A DNA stretch of 64,000 nt from an uncultured Pseudomonadota bacterium (GCA_913061235.1 CAJXTB010000025.1:1-64000); one strand, 5' to 3'. Counted from the stretch's first letter, positions 44,596 to 55,061 are shown. Made by a program: numbers and translations. Notes: generated by a model not told the origin, from the sequence alone.

Positions 44596-45758
44596 GCTTG
44601 TCATCACACACGGGTACCTGGAATTACCCGACCCCTACGCGCTTTGGCGCAGGTCGTATCGCTGAGCTCCCTGCGGCATGCCGCGAGCTCGGGATGTCGC
44701 GTCCGTTGCTGGTGACCGACCCGGGTCTGGCTGAGCTGCCCATCACAGCGCAAGCCGTGGCCATCTGTGAAGCGGCAGGACTTCCGGTCGCCGTGTTCTC
44801 CGACATTCAGGGCAACCCGGTTGGCAGTGATGTGACGCGCGGCGTCGACGCGTTCAAGCAGGGCGGCCATGACGGCGTCATCGCATTTGGTGGCGGCTCT
44901 GCGCTGGACGTCGGCAAGGCCATCGCGCTGATGGCCGGTCAGACGCTGTCGCTGTGGGACGTCGAAGACATCGGAGACAACTGGACCCGCGTAGATGCAA
45001 GCGCCATGGCGCCCTGCGTCGCGGTTCCAACCACCAGCGGAACGGGCTCAGAGGTCGGTCGCGCTTCGGTCATCACCAAGGAAGACGAGCACCGCAAGGT
45101 CATCATCTTCCACCCGGGAATGCTGCCTGGTCGCGTGTTGTGCGACCCCGAGCTGACCGTGGGACTGCCGGCGAAGCTGACCGCCGCTGTGGGAATGGAT
45201 GCGCTGTCGCACAACCTCGAAGCGTACTGTGCACCTGGCTTTCACCCCCTCGCGGACGGCATTGCGGTCGAGGGTATGCGCCTGGTGTTCCGCTCACTGA
45301 GGGCTGCTGTCGCCGATGGCACCGATCTCGCTGCGCGCAGTGACTTGATGGCCGCGTCCCTGATGGGAGCGACCGCGTTTCAGAAGGGACTGGGTGGCAT
45401 GCACGCCATGTCACACCCCATCGGTGCGGTACTTGGCGCCCATCATGGCCTGACCAACGCCATTGTGATGCCGTACGTGCTGCGCTTCAACGCGCCGGCC
45501 ATTCGTGACCGTCTCACCGACCTGGCGCGTGCCCTGGACCTTGAGATCACCAGCGAGATGGGCCTCATCGACAGCGTTCTGGAGCTGCGCGAGGACATCG
45601 GCATTCCGCACACCTTGGCGGCGGTGGGGGTCACCGAGGCACATGCCACCTCGCTTGCACCCGCTGCCCTGGCAGACCCGAGCGCCGGTGGCAACCCCAT
45701 CCCGCTGACCGTGGCGTCGCTAGAGCAACTCTTCCGGGCTTCCCTCGCAGGGCTGTAG
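44592..45758 (+). CDS. iron-containing (group III) alcohol dehydrogenase
   Basis: GVIAFGGGSALDVGKAIAL, metal-binding His region GMDALSHNLEAY, HAMSHPIGAVLGAHHGLTNAI. ATGA overlap with the ALDH gene. Confidence 0.85.
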   Translation: MSLSSHTGTWNYPTPTRFGAGRIAELPAACRELGMSRPLLVTDPGLAELPITAQAVAICEAAGLPVAVFSDIQGNPVGSDVTRGVDAFKQGGHDGVIAFGGGSALDVGKAIALMAGQTLSLWDVEDIGDNWTRVDASAMAPCVAVPTTSGTGSEVGRASVITKEDEHRKVIIFHPGMLPGRVLCDPELTVGLPAKLTAAVGMDALSHNLEAYCAPGFHPLADGIAVEGMRLVFRSLRAAVADGTDLAARSDLMAASLMGATAFQKGLGGMHAMSHPIGAVLGAHHGLTNAIVMPYVLRFNAPAIRDRLTDLARALDLEITSEMGLIDSVLELREDIGIPHTLAAVGVTEAHATSLAPAALADPSAGGNPIPLTVASLEQLFRASLAGL

Positions 45759-45764
45759 TCCCGG

Positions 45765-46616
45765 CTACGAGGACGTATTCAGGCCTGCAATCGCCAGTAC
45801 TGCACACCGGCTGCGCAGGTCGTCGACAAACGCTCGTACGCGCGCGGACCGGCGCAGATCTACGTGAATCAAGAGCCACAGTCCCGTGCCTTTGTCGGGG
45901 TGTTCATCGCGCATAGGGACCAGCTCTGGCGGGGTCTGTGCGCAGTAGGTTGGCAGAACCCCCTGATACGGCCCTGTGCGAAGGAGGTCGCGTGCATCTG
46001 CCACACTGTCGACGGTGAAGGCGGTCTGCTCGGAGTCGCTCGGCCGCTGCCAGTCCCGCACTGCGGGGATGCGGTCGAAGCCGCGAAGTACGACCCAGCG
46101 GGCGTCTGAGCCGGCTGTCGGGTTGCGGTAGTGGCCCCATGGAACCGTGGCTAGGCGGTGCGCAATGGCGTCTTGTGGTGGGACGGCGGTGATGCGCAGG
46201 GCCACGTCAACATCTCGGCGAAGGTCAAGCAGCGAGGTCGACGCTCGGATGTCGAGGTCGATGGTTGGGCACGTCTCGCGAAATGCGATCAGCAGGGGCG
46301 CCATGGTTGGGAGCAGCGTGACCGGAAGCGTCAGGCGGACGGTGCCCTGGGCGTTCCGGTCGTGGCCGACCACAGCACGCTGTAGCGACAGGATGGCCTC
46401 TGTAGCGGACTCTGCGTGAGGTAAGGCCTCTTCGCCAACCGCTGTCAGCTGGTACCCACGGGGCGTCTTGGTGAACAGTCGCGCGCCGAGCGCTTCTTCC
46501 ATGGACGCAATGCGCCGGTGCACCGTGGAGGCGTTGAGTTCCAGCTCATCGGCGGCTGCCGCCAGTGTTCCCCGCCGTGACACCGCCTCGAACGCACGCA
46601 CCGCTTCCCAGTCCAT
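45765..46616 (-). CDS. LysR-family transcriptional regulator
   Basis: N-terminal HTH MDWEAVRAFEAVSRRGTLAAAADELELNASTVHRRIASMEEALGARLF. 283 aa. Divergent from the pirin gene. Confidence 0.85.
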   Translation of the reverse strand: MDWEAVRAFEAVSRRGTLAAAADELELNASTVHRRIASMEEALGARLFTKTPRGYQLTAVGEEALPHAESATEAILSLQRAVVGHDRNAQGTVRLTLPVTLLPTMAPLLIAFRETCPTIDLDIRASTSLLDLRRDVDVALRITAVPPQDAIAHRLATVPWGHYRNPTAGSDARWVVLRGFDRIPAVRDWQRPSDSEQTAFTVDSVADARDLLRTGPYQGVLPTYCAQTPPELVPMRDEHPDKGTGLWLLIHVDLRRSARVRAFVDDLRSRCAVLAIAGLNTSS

Positions 46617-46633
46617 CTTGCACTCCTGCAAGA

Positions 46634-46670
46634 CTATCTATCAGATTTTCACCTTTTCGTGCGTGGATAG
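46634..46670. promoter_or_regulatory. candidate LysR-type operator (inverted repeat CTATC-N27-GATAG) in the lysR/pirin divergent region
   Basis: CTATCTATC...GGATAG dyad within the 77-bp intergenic gap, AT-richer than its surroundings. Confidence 0.3.
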
Positions 46671-46693
46671 ACGTTCTAAGAGGGGCGTAACCA

Positions 46694-47404
46694 ATGGAGA
46701 GTGCAATGAACGCCCAGATTCGACCGTCCTCCGCTCGCGGCCACGCCAACCATGGCTGGCTCGACTCGCACCACAGCTTCAGCTTTGGCTCGTGGCACAA
46801 TCCAAACGCCATGGGCTTTGGTCCGCTTCGCGTCATCAACGAGGACGTTGTGCAGCCGGGTCGTGGCTTTGGCACCCACCCACATCGGGACATGGAGATT
46901 GTGTCGTACGTTCTGTCCGGTCACCTTGGACACCGCGACAGTGAGGGCAATAACGGCGTCATCCGTCCTGGTGAGGTTCAGCTTATGAGTGCTGGAACCG
47001 GTATTACGCACAGCGAGATGAACGGCTCGAACAGTGAGCCCGTGCACTTCTTGCAGATCTGGCTGTTCCCAACCGAAGCCAAGACCAAGCCACGCTACGC
47101 TCAGAAGGATTTTGGGCAGCAGCCGGGGCTCACCCTCGTTGCAAGCCCAGACGGGCGCGACGGTTCGCTTGTGATTGGCTCGAATACCGACATCCACCGC
47201 GCTCTTCTCACTGCCGGCGCGTCGCCCACAGTCGCCCTGCGTCAGCAACACGCCTACGTGCACGTTGCCTCCGGTACGCTGGATGTGAACGGGTCACGAT
47301 TGACTGCCGGCGACGGCATGTCCCTATCCGACGTCAGCACGCTCTCGCTTACCGCCCACGATGACGTCAACGCGCTGATCTTCGACCTACCACGAGGTTC
47401 CTAA
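46694..47404 (+). CDS. pirin-family protein (cupin)
   Basis: HGWLDSHHSFSFG...GFGTHPHRDMEIVSYVL..GVIRPGEVQLMSAGTGITHSE matches the pirin N-terminal cupin metal site. Confidence 0.85.
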   Translation: MESAMNAQIRPSSARGHANHGWLDSHHSFSFGSWHNPNAMGFGPLRVINEDVVQPGRGFGTHPHRDMEIVSYVLSGHLGHRDSEGNNGVIRPGEVQLMSAGTGITHSEMNGSNSEPVHFLQIWLFPTEAKTKPRYAQKDFGQQPGLTLVASPDGRDGSLVIGSNTDIHRALLTAGASPTVALRQQHAYVHVASGTLDVNGSRLTAGDGMSLSDVSTLSLTAHDDVNALIFDLPRGS

Positions 47405-47931
47405 TGGCTCGCATTCTCACCCTCTCCGGCAGCCCGCGCGCTGCATCCAACAACACCGCAGTGCTCCACACCCTCGCTGAGCTCGCTCCCGATGGCGTGG
47501 TCTTGGAGCGCTACGACTACAGCGATGTCCCGCTGTACAATCCCGACATTGAACGGCCCGAGTCCGTCGACCGCCTGATCGCCGCAATCACCGCCGCCGA
47601 TGGTGTGATTATCGCAACACCCGAGTACAACTACTCGGTACCTGGGGTGCTGAAGAATGCCCTGGATTGGGCCAGTCGTCCTGCCTACAAATCCTGCTTC
47701 TTCGGCAAGAAGACCGGTGTCGTCTCGGCTGCCGCGAGTATTGTCGGCGGCGCACGCGCACAGGCTCACCTCAAGACCATTCTGCTCGGAATGGGGTCTC
47801 CGGTCTTTGCCTACCCAGAAGTCCTCGTGCCGCAGTCGTTCAACAAGGTCGAAGACGGACGGGTCACCGATGCGACCAGCCTCAACGCACTCCAGGGCTT
47901 TGTAGACAGTTTTGCCCAGTGGGTCGATTAG
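47404..47931 (+). CDS. NADPH-dependent FMN reductase family oxidoreductase
   Basis: MARILTLSGSPRAASNN...DGVIIATPEYNYSVPGVLKNALDWAS. TAATG overlap with the pirin gene. Confidence 0.8.
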   Translation: MARILTLSGSPRAASNNTAVLHTLAELAPDGVVLERYDYSDVPLYNPDIERPESVDRLIAAITAADGVIIATPEYNYSVPGVLKNALDWASRPAYKSCFFGKKTGVVSAAASIVGGARAQAHLKTILLGMGSPVFAYPEVLVPQSFNKVEDGRVTDATSLNALQGFVDSFAQWVD

Positions 47932-47990
47932 GGGCCCGTCTCAAAGGGCCTGACGGGCGGCGAGCGGATTGCCCGCCCGCCCAACGTCGA

Positions 47991-49172
47991 CTACGGCGCG
48001 TCTGTGCAGATGGGGGACACCTGAACGCTGTCATTGATGGTGCAGCCATTCTGGCAGACGCCGCGGTTGTCCCCGTTGGGAACATGGTACGTGATGATGT
48101 TCTGCCAGCTCGTCACGCGTTGGATGCCGCTGGACACATTGCAGCTCCAGTAGGGCTGGCCCAGAACGACTGCACTCCAGGCGGATGCATCATAGCCACT
48201 GCCGTAGACGTTTGGATCGCACGAGACCGGGCGTAGGTCCGCCGCAAGACAGATGTCTCGGTACCAGGCGCGAAGGTCTCCTGCCGGCATGTTGCGGTAC
48301 TCCATCTGGTAGACCGTCTGCCCGCCCCCGGAGTGTTGGTTGATGATCACAAAGTCGCGGGCCTGTACTGCCCAGGAGGTCGAGTAGTTGGGAGCGGTGA
48401 CTGTTGCTGAGTACACCTCGCTATCGATGCTGGATGCGGTCAGTCGAAGGGTGAGCGACTGGCCTTCGGTGACGCTCGCCGACGTGGCCCAGGAGGCTCC
48501 CCCGTTGATGGACAGCTGGGGGCTACCCTGACCGGACACCGAGATGACGATGGAGTCCTCGAATCCGGAAATGGTCACCGGAGAGGACACTGCGAGCTGC
48601 CCGAGACCGCTGTTCGTGCTGCTGAACGTGAAGGGGTCGGGTGTGTTGTCCGTAGTAGAGAGCGGATTGAACGAGGTCCCATTGCACACCTCCAGCCTCT
48701 GCTGAACAGCGTTCCAGCGCAGTGCGCCGGCATCGGAGCTGTCCTCACAGACGTCGGAGAGCCCAGGCCCGCCACCACCGACGAGGGGAGAGCCGCCTGC
48801 GATGACGGTTCGGGGGCCAAGCTCCGGCCCGCTATCTACGGAGATGCCAAGCCAGCGATTTTCGCCGGGCTCAAAGACGCCGTCAGGAATGCCGTTGATG
48901 TTGGTGAAGCCGAAGGTTGCGGCGTCTCCGGTTCCGAGCAGTACCGAGTACGTGCCCCCGGCCAGAATGCTGGAGTGCGACTCGCGGTACAGGGGGGTGC
49001 TTGCCGCGAATGTCTCGTAGATCGAGAAGGTTAGGCCAACCGTGCCCACAATCGGCACCCCCGTCGCATCGTTCAGTCGACCTTGACTTGGAAGGATGGA
49101 CGTCGCGGAGATGTCCTGGGCCAAGGCACCTACGGGGCAGAGTAGGGCGATCAGGAGCGTAAATCGGAGCAT
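47991..49172 (-). CDS. secreted hypothetical protein
   Basis: Signal peptide MLRFTLLIALLCPVGALAQ. 393 aa, Gly/Ser-rich. Eight Cys in the C-terminal third. Confidence 0.5.
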   Translation of the reverse strand: MLRFTLLIALLCPVGALAQDISATSILPSQGRLNDATGVPIVGTVGLTFSIYETFAASTPLYRESHSSILAGGTYSVLLGTGDAATFGFTNINGIPDGVFEPGENRWLGISVDSGPELGPRTVIAGGSPLVGGGGPGLSDVCEDSSDAGALRWNAVQQRLEVCNGTSFNPLSTTDNTPDPFTFSSTNSGLGQLAVSSPVTISGFEDSIVISVSGQGSPQLSINGGASWATSASVTEGQSLTLRLTASSIDSEVYSATVTAPNYSTSWAVQARDFVIINQHSGGGQTVYQMEYRNMPAGDLRAWYRDICLAADLRPVSCDPNVYGSGYDASAWSAVVLGQPYWSCNVSSGIQRVTSWQNIITYHVPNGDNRGVCQNGCTINDSVQVSPICTDAP

Positions 49173-49341
49173 GGAGACCTCGGGTTCAAAGTAGGAGTCT
49201 ATCAGAACAACCCGTCGATCTCTAGATGAATGGGAACGATACCCGCTGCGTGCGCTCTGTGTGGTTCGGGAGCGCGCAGTTGTGCAGGTCCTCGAGACGC
49301 CTACCTCTGAGCGGTAGCGGCGTCAGTGGGCCAACGTTCGA

Positions 49342-51018
49342 TTACTCTGCGGCACGCGTTCGGAAGGTGATGTCTACCCGCCGGTTCTTGGCCCGCCCTT
49401 CGTCGGTGTCGTTGGACGCGACAGGCTGAGTCTCACCGGCGCCGGATGCAGTGAGCCGGTCGCTGTCCACGCCAAGCTCGCCAAGAGCGGTTGCAATAGC
49501 GTCTGCACGGCGCTGTGACAGTGTCTGGTTGCTGGCGTCGCTACCCACAGAATCCGTGTGTCCAACAATTCGAACTTGGCCGGCTTTGTACACGCCGAGA
49601 ACGTCTGCGACCTCAGCGATTGCCAAGAGGGCTTCTGGCTTGAGGTCTGCGCTGCCAAAGTCGAAGAGCAGGGTCTCGTCGAGGGTGATGGTGCGTTCAA
49701 TGGTCTCGGGAGTTGCGGGTGTGACGTCAAGCTCGGACAGAACCTCCTCGGCCTCCTCAACGGTCTCGGCACCGGTGCTGATATCGAAGGTGTAGGTACC
49801 GGTGAGCTGACGCGAGGTGTCGTCTACGGTGAGCATGAGGGTGTCGTCCTCTTCCATCAGGAGTCGGTAGACCCGAAAGCAGTCTCTGCCTCCAGTCGAC
49901 GGCCTGAAGTTGGTTGCGTATCGAATACCCGCCCCTTTTACATCCATACTCAAGATGTTCCCGTTCTCAAATTCACAGCCGCCACGTTGGGTAATCACAA
50001 CGGTTTGGCCGGCGGTCACGGGGAGGGCGTACACGTCCCGCTCGCCGGCGGGGTCCAGCCGACCGGCATCGGCAACAGGAATTCCGGGACGGACCTCGCT
50101 TCCGAATGTGAGCGGGATGACGTCGCCATTGTCTACGTCAATCACGTCGAAGGCGTAGGTGCCTGCAAGGGTGTTGCCACCAGCGATGCGGAGAGAAACA
50201 GTTCCATCCTCTGTGACTTCGTACCGTCCGGTGCCGTCGCACTGACCGATACGCCAAAATCCTTGGGGGCCACGCGCGGGGCCATCGATTTTCATGGTGA
50301 ACATCGAGCCGTCGCCGTCTGACCGTGTGCAGCCGCGTTCATTGACAACGAAGGTTTGTCCTTCGGTCACATCGAGGGTCCAAACGTCTTCGTCGCCGAT
50401 GAAGTCGATGGCGCCGGTGTGGGTTGCCTCGCCAAATGCGATGGAAATGGGCGCTTCTTCGGTCACATCAATGACGTCGAAACCGACGTGTCCACCCTTG
50501 GCGATAGTTAGGGTGACGTCTCCAGCTCTATCTGCCGTGTAGCGCCGGGCGTCGTCGCAATCGTCTCGGAAGAAGATGCCACCGCCGATGCCGCGGGGTC
50601 CATCTAGGTTTCCCACCATTGTTCCTCCACCATCAACCGTGCAGTTCCCCTTTTGGCGAACCAATATGGATTGATTGGCGGTGAGGGAAAGGGTGAACGG
50701 ACCGGCGGTCGTGGCATGGTCCACCAATTCGGTCGTCGAGCCATTGCCGAGGGTAATCGTCAGGTTCTGACCACGCTTTGAGGTGTCACCCACGGGCGTT
50801 TGCTGTGTGTCGTCGGCTTGAGTCGCTTCGCTGTCCGCATCTGCCTCTGCGTCGGAGGGCTGAGCAATTGGCGTGTCTATGGACGGTGCGGTGGGCAGCG
50901 GACCAGGGCCGTCTTCCGTACGTGCGTCTGGAGCCACGTCACCCGTGCAGGCCAAGTTGATGACGATGAAGAGTCCTGCCACTGACAGTGGCAGGAGGTT
51001 GGCTGATCTACTCAACAT
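49342..51018 (-). CDS. OmpA-family lipoprotein with repeated beta-sandwich domains
   Basis: GGAGG RBS before MLSRS. Lipobox VINLAC. About three internal ~100-aa repeats (each with RGxCxxxxG and TxDGTxSL). C-terminal OmpA_C domain FDFGSADLKPEA...GHTDSVGSDASNQTLSQRRADAI...NRRVDITF. Confidence 0.8.
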   Translation of the reverse strand: MLSRSANLLPLSVAGLFIVINLACTGDVAPDARTEDGPGPLPTAPSIDTPIAQPSDAEADADSEATQADDTQQTPVGDTSKRGQNLTITLGNGSTTELVDHATTAGPFTLSLTANQSILVRQKGNCTVDGGGTMVGNLDGPRGIGGGIFFRDDCDDARRYTADRAGDVTLTIAKGGHVGFDVIDVTEEAPISIAFGEATHTGAIDFIGDEDVWTLDVTEGQTFVVNERGCTRSDGDGSMFTMKIDGPARGPQGFWRIGQCDGTGRYEVTEDGTVSLRIAGGNTLAGTYAFDVIDVDNGDVIPLTFGSEVRPGIPVADAGRLDPAGERDVYALPVTAGQTVVITQRGGCEFENGNILSMDVKGAGIRYATNFRPSTGGRDCFRVYRLLMEEDDTLMLTVDDTSRQLTGTYTFDISTGAETVEEAEEVLSELDVTPATPETIERTITLDETLLFDFGSADLKPEALLAIAEVADVLGVYKAGQVRIVGHTDSVGSDASNQTLSQRRADAIATALGELGVDSDRLTASGAGETQPVASNDTDEGRAKNRRVDITFRTRAAE

Positions 51019-51083
51019 GCGGTCCTCCGAGGAGGCGCATCCTGCCACACGAGTGCCTGCCAGACGTCAGTGCCTCGTCTTCT

Positions 51084-52229
51084 TTACCAGGCGAAGGTCT
51101 CGCCGGTCACGAGCTCTACGCTGCGCTTCTTTACACGTTCGACGAACGGAGCGCGTTTGGACGACAGCCACTGCTCGCGGTCGTTGGCGGTCTTTAGGGG
51201 TTGCTCGGACACTGAGATGCTGACGACGGGAGCCGTGTCGCACGGAGCGTCTTCGACGGGCCACTGCTGTGCCAAGCGTTCTTCTGCGGCAGTCGCGAGG
51301 GCGTCTGGCCACATCTTGCCGTCTTCGGCGAACTCACCGCTGTGCACGATGACCGTCTGCCGGCCTGGACGGCACTCCCACGAGTATGTGGCCATAGCGG
51401 CGTAGTGGTAGCGGCCTCCGCCTACGCGCCACGCATCGGGCCAGCGGTAGCGGACGAGGGAGTCTGCGACTTCGGCTTGGCCTATACGTTGCAAGGACGC
51501 ACGAGCAATGTCGATGCGCGTTGGGTCGAGAATGTCTCCCAGCGCGAAGATGGCCTGACTGACCTGTTCGGCTTGTGCGGGGTCGACGCCTTCGTCGGTG
51601 TCGTAGCCTGCGGCTTTGGGCATGATCTGAAGGGCGTAGGCGATTTCTTCGTCGTCACCGAGCTCTCGTGCGTAGCTCTGTAGGAGCGGCAGGGCGTCAG
51701 TGCGCAGGTTGCGCGTGTACACCTCAAGGATGTCCAGGAAGCTGCCGCGCTCTGTAGCCCCCACTCCGAAGCGCTCACTCTCCAGAGCGTTCGTCAGGAT
51801 GGCGCGTCCCTCTGAGCTGCGACACTCATCGAGTCCGCGGTACCAACGGTCAATGAAGAAGCGGTCGCCCTTCTGTTCGAGCAGCGTGCCGAAGAAGGCG
51901 TTGCGCTCGGGATGGTCTTGGCAGTCATCACCGATGGACCGGAGCATGGACATGCGGTCGTCTGGCGGGATGCGTTCAAGCCAGGGGACGAGCGAATCGA
52001 GTGCGCCGACGTCGACCATGGCGCGCACAGCGATGGCTTCGTTGTCGTCTCCGAACATCTTTTCGAGGGCGATCGGTGCCATGGTGCGACCCCGAGCGGC
52101 ATCGCACTCAGCGAGCGCGACGTACGCTTCGGGCACCTTCATGGTGCTCGCTTGCTGAAGCTCCGCCTGTAGCGTCTGGCCACAGGGAGTGGTTGCGAAT
52201 GCCAACGAAGCCAACAATAGTGCGGTCAT
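51084..52229 (-). CDS. hypothetical lipoprotein
   Basis: Lipobox MTALLLASLAFATTPCG. 381 aa, alpha-helical-looking composition. No motif recognised. Confidence 0.5.
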   Translation of the reverse strand: MTALLLASLAFATTPCGQTLQAELQQASTMKVPEAYVALAECDAARGRTMAPIALEKMFGDDNEAIAVRAMVDVGALDSLVPWLERIPPDDRMSMLRSIGDDCQDHPERNAFFGTLLEQKGDRFFIDRWYRGLDECRSSEGRAILTNALESERFGVGATERGSFLDILEVYTRNLRTDALPLLQSYARELGDDEEIAYALQIMPKAAGYDTDEGVDPAQAEQVSQAIFALGDILDPTRIDIARASLQRIGQAEVADSLVRYRWPDAWRVGGGRYHYAAMATYSWECRPGRQTVIVHSGEFAEDGKMWPDALATAAEERLAQQWPVEDAPCDTAPVVSISVSEQPLKTANDREQWLSSKRAPFVERVKKRSVELVTGETFAW

Positions 52230-52337
52230 AAGGGCCCTCCAGGCAACTCAACACGCGAGCATGTCACGTCGTCCGACGAATAGCTCATCCAGAGGCGGTA
52301 TGAGTTAGTCGGTGGGCCCAACAAACACGGAGGCAAC

Positions 52338-53315
52338 ATGCCCGCTCCCATTCGCGTCGCCGTCACCGGTGCCGCCGGTAACATTGGCTACGCTCTACTC
52401 TGGCGCATCGCTAGCGGTTCCACCTTTGGCGCAGACCAGCCGGTCATCCTGCAGTTGCTCGAGATTCCCCCCGGAATGGAAAAGCTCGCAGGCGTAGTCA
52501 TGGAGCTGCGTGACTCAGCCTTCCCGCTGGTTCACGACATTATTGCGACAGACGACCCGAACGTGGCGTTCAAGGATGCCAACCAGATCTTCCTCGTCGG
52601 CTCGCGTCCGCGCAGCGCTGGCATGGACCGCGCTGACCTCGTCGCCGCAAACGGCCCCATCTTCGTGGGTCAAGGCAAGGCTATCGACAACTCCGCGGCA
52701 GATGATGTCCGCGTCGTCGTCGTTGGAAACCCCTGCAACACCAACGCTCTCATCGCCTGTGCCAACGCGCACAAGATTGCAGATGAGCAGTTCACCGCCA
52801 TGACCCGCCTGGACCACAACCGGGCCATCGGTCAGCTGTCGAAGAAGTCGGGCGTCGCCGCCTCGAAGATCGACGGAGTTGCCGTCTGGGGCAACCACGC
52901 CGACACCATGTACGCGGACTGCACGCAAGCGACTGTTGACGGCAAGTCCGCAACGGACGCCTTTGAGCAAGACTGGCTGCGTGGCGACTTCCTCAAGACC
53001 GTCGCTACCCGTGGCAAGGCCATCATCAACGCCCGTGGTGCGTCGTCAGCTGCTTCGGCCGCTTCGGCTGCTTCGGACCACATGCGTGACTGGTTCCTGG
53101 GCACCAACGGTCGCGTTGTCTCCATGGCTGTTCCGTCGAACGGTGCCTACGGTGTGCCCAAGGGCCTCATCTTCAGCTTCCCAGTCACGATTGCGGATGG
53201 CAAGTACACCATCGTCGAAGACTGGCCAGTGGACGACTTCGCCAAGCAGAAGATTGCCCAGAACGTGGAAGCGCTCGAAGGCGAACGCACCGCTGTAGCC
53301 GAACTGCTCGGCTAG
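52338..53315 (+). CDS. mdh: malate dehydrogenase (NAD-dependent, LDH-like MDH clade)
   Basis: [24 protein letters not shown]-terminal NAD fold. [20 protein letters not shown] catalytic-His region. 325 aa. Confidence 0.9.
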   Translation: MPAPIRVAVTGAAGNIGYALLWRIASGSTFGADQPVILQLLEIPPGMEKLAGVVMELRDSAFPLVHDIIATDDPNVAFKDANQIFLVGSRPRSAGMDRADLVAANGPIFVGQGKAIDNSAADDVRVVVVGNPCNTNALIACANAHKIADEQFTAMTRLDHNRAIGQLSKKSGVAASKIDGVAVWGNHADTMYADCTQATVDGKSATDAFEQDWLRGDFLKTVATRGKAIINARGASSAASAASAASDHMRDWFLGTNGRVVSMAVPSNGAYGVPKGLIFSFPVTIADGKYTIVEDWPVDDFAKQKIAQNVEALEGERTAVAELLG

Positions 53316-53362
53316 TTTCTGGTCCGAATGCAGGGCGAGTTCTGCTCGTCCTCGCCACCAAC

Positions 53363-53388
53363 GGCATCCGCTTAGGGTGCCGTTTTTG
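53363..53388 (+). terminator. weak intrinsic terminator after mdh
   Basis: GGCAUCC-loop-GGUGCC stem (contains one G-U pair) followed by UUUUU. Confidence 0.35.
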
Positions 53389-53504
53389 CGTCTGGGTGCG
53401 GTAGAAATGTCGCAGCCGGTGCCTCACTCGTCTACGATCACCCCAGAGCGTCGGATTGACATGGCACGAGAATTGCTGGCAAGTTGCTGTCTCGGAGCTG
53501 TCTC

Positions 53505-55061
53505 ATGTACCGTCTGCTCGCAATTGCCTCGGCTCTCACCTTCGCCGCTTGTTCTGAACGCGGAATCTCGTCGATTCCACCAGACAACGAGTCGCTTGAG
53601 CCCATCATTCATCTCGACCCGGAGAATATTGACTTTGGTCTGCTCCAGCCGGGCGACGAAGCCATTCAGACGGTCACCGTCACCAACATTGGCGAAGACG
53701 TCCTGAACCTGACGGGCTGGGTCTACGAAGGCCATGACAGCTTCTCGTTTCCAGACATTGACGCCTTGCCAGAACGCCTTGAGGTGGACCAAGCTGCGGC
53801 CTTTCAAGTTCGCTACTCGCCACGGCTGACCGGTGAGCTCGGCGGCACGCTGTACATTGAGTCCGATGACCCGGAGAACGGCCAGGCCTCGGTGATTCTT
53901 GCTGGGCAAGGCTCGGGACCGGCGCTGGCCATTTCACCAGACCCCTACGACTTCAACTCGGTGTTTGTGGGCTGCGGAGACGACGTTGAGCTGACGCTTG
54001 CGAACGTGGGTGACGCCGACCTTCGCATTGACGCGCTCAACCTCGACAGCGAAGATGGTCAGTTCAGGCTGGAGGGTGGCCTCTCCTTGCCATTGACCCT
54101 GCCGCCCGGTGCCAATACCAATGTGGTTGTGGCGTTTGATGCGTTGTACGCGGGAACGTCCGACGGACTGCTTGAGGTCATGTCGACCGACCCACGCGGC
54201 GTCATCACCGCAACACAGCTTGCTGAGGGCACCTACGCGGGTCAGCGTGTGGACTCGTTCACCATGCCTGAAGACCCCGCTGTGGACATCTTGTTCGCCG
54301 TGGACCAGAGCTGCTCGATGGACACGTTGAGCGCCAATTTGGCGAGCAACTTCTCGACCTTCATCTCGACTCTTGGACAGGTCACGGACAACTGGCAGAT
54401 CGGCGTTGTCACACTCGAGAATGGGTGTCGCAACGACACGGTCTTCACGTCCACAACCACCAGTCTGAACGACCGATTCTCCTCTGCGGTTGTTTCGGGC
54501 GGGCACCACGCCACCACCGAGCAGCTGTTTGTACTGGCGCAATCAGCCCTAGCCAAGACCCTTCCAGGGCAGTGCAACTCCGGCCTGCTTCGTGAGGGCG
54601 CCCTGCTCCACGTTGTCTTGGTGTCTGACGAGTACGAGCAGAGCAGCGTGTCCTCGGGCACCTTTGTGACCAGCGTGTGGAGCTACCGTCCGTCCCCGCG
54701 GGATGTTCGCATTAGCGGAATCATGTGTCCGGCGAGTGGCTGTCCCAGCGGCGGTTCGGATGGAACGAACTCTGGATACGCACAGGCAGTTGCCCAAGGT
54801 GGCGGCGAAGCGCTCAACATCAACACCAACAACTGGGGAGCGAGTGCCCAGCTGTTGGCCGAGACCTCGGTAGACGCTATTGGCCGCTTTGAACTGTCTG
54901 GTACGCCCGATGTTGGCAGCCTCACCGTGCGTGTAAACGGCGCGGTTGAAGAGTCGGGCTGGCACTTCAGCGTGACCACCAATGAGGTCGTGTTTGACGA
55001 CATCCCGCCGACTGGCGCCACCGTCGACGTGACCTACGGACTGCGCATTAGCTGTCCGTAG
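53505..55061 (+). CDS. lipoprotein with Ig-like/'choice-of-anchor'-type beta domains and a von Willebrand factor A domain
   Basis: Lipobox LAIASALTFAAC. VWA MIDAS motif ILFAVDQSCSMD. The longer start at 53484 is less likely. Confidence 0.55.
   Translation: MYRLLAIASALTFAACSERGISSIPPDNESLEPIIHLDPENIDFGLLQPGDEAIQTVTVTNIGEDVLNLTGWVYEGHDSFSFPDIDALPERLEVDQAAAFQVRYSPRLTGELGGTLYIESDDPENGQASVILAGQGSGPALAISPDPYDFNSVFVGCGDDVELTLANVGDADLRIDALNLDSEDGQFRLEGGLSLPLTLPPGANTNVVVAFDALYAGTSDGLLEVMSTDPRGVITATQLAEGTYAGQRVDSFTMPEDPAVDILFAVDQSCSMDTLSANLASNFSTFISTLGQVTDNWQIGVVTLENGCRNDTVFTSTTTSLNDRFSSAVVSGGHHATTEQLFVLAQSALAKTLPGQCNSGLLREGALLHVVLVSDEYEQSSVSSGTFVTSVWSYRPSPRDVRISGIMCPASGCPSGGSDGTNSGYAQAVAQGGGEALNINTNNWGASAQLLAETSVDAIGRFELSGTPDVGSLTVRVNGAVEESGWHFSVTTNEVVFDDIPPTGATVDVTYGLRISCP

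Noticed and set aside
44592-45758. Assigning the Fe-ADH and ALDH to specific named enzymes (e.g. lactaldehyde reductase/dehydrogenase)
   Set aside because: Family membership is clear, but substrate specificity cannot be read from sequence without phylogenetic placement.
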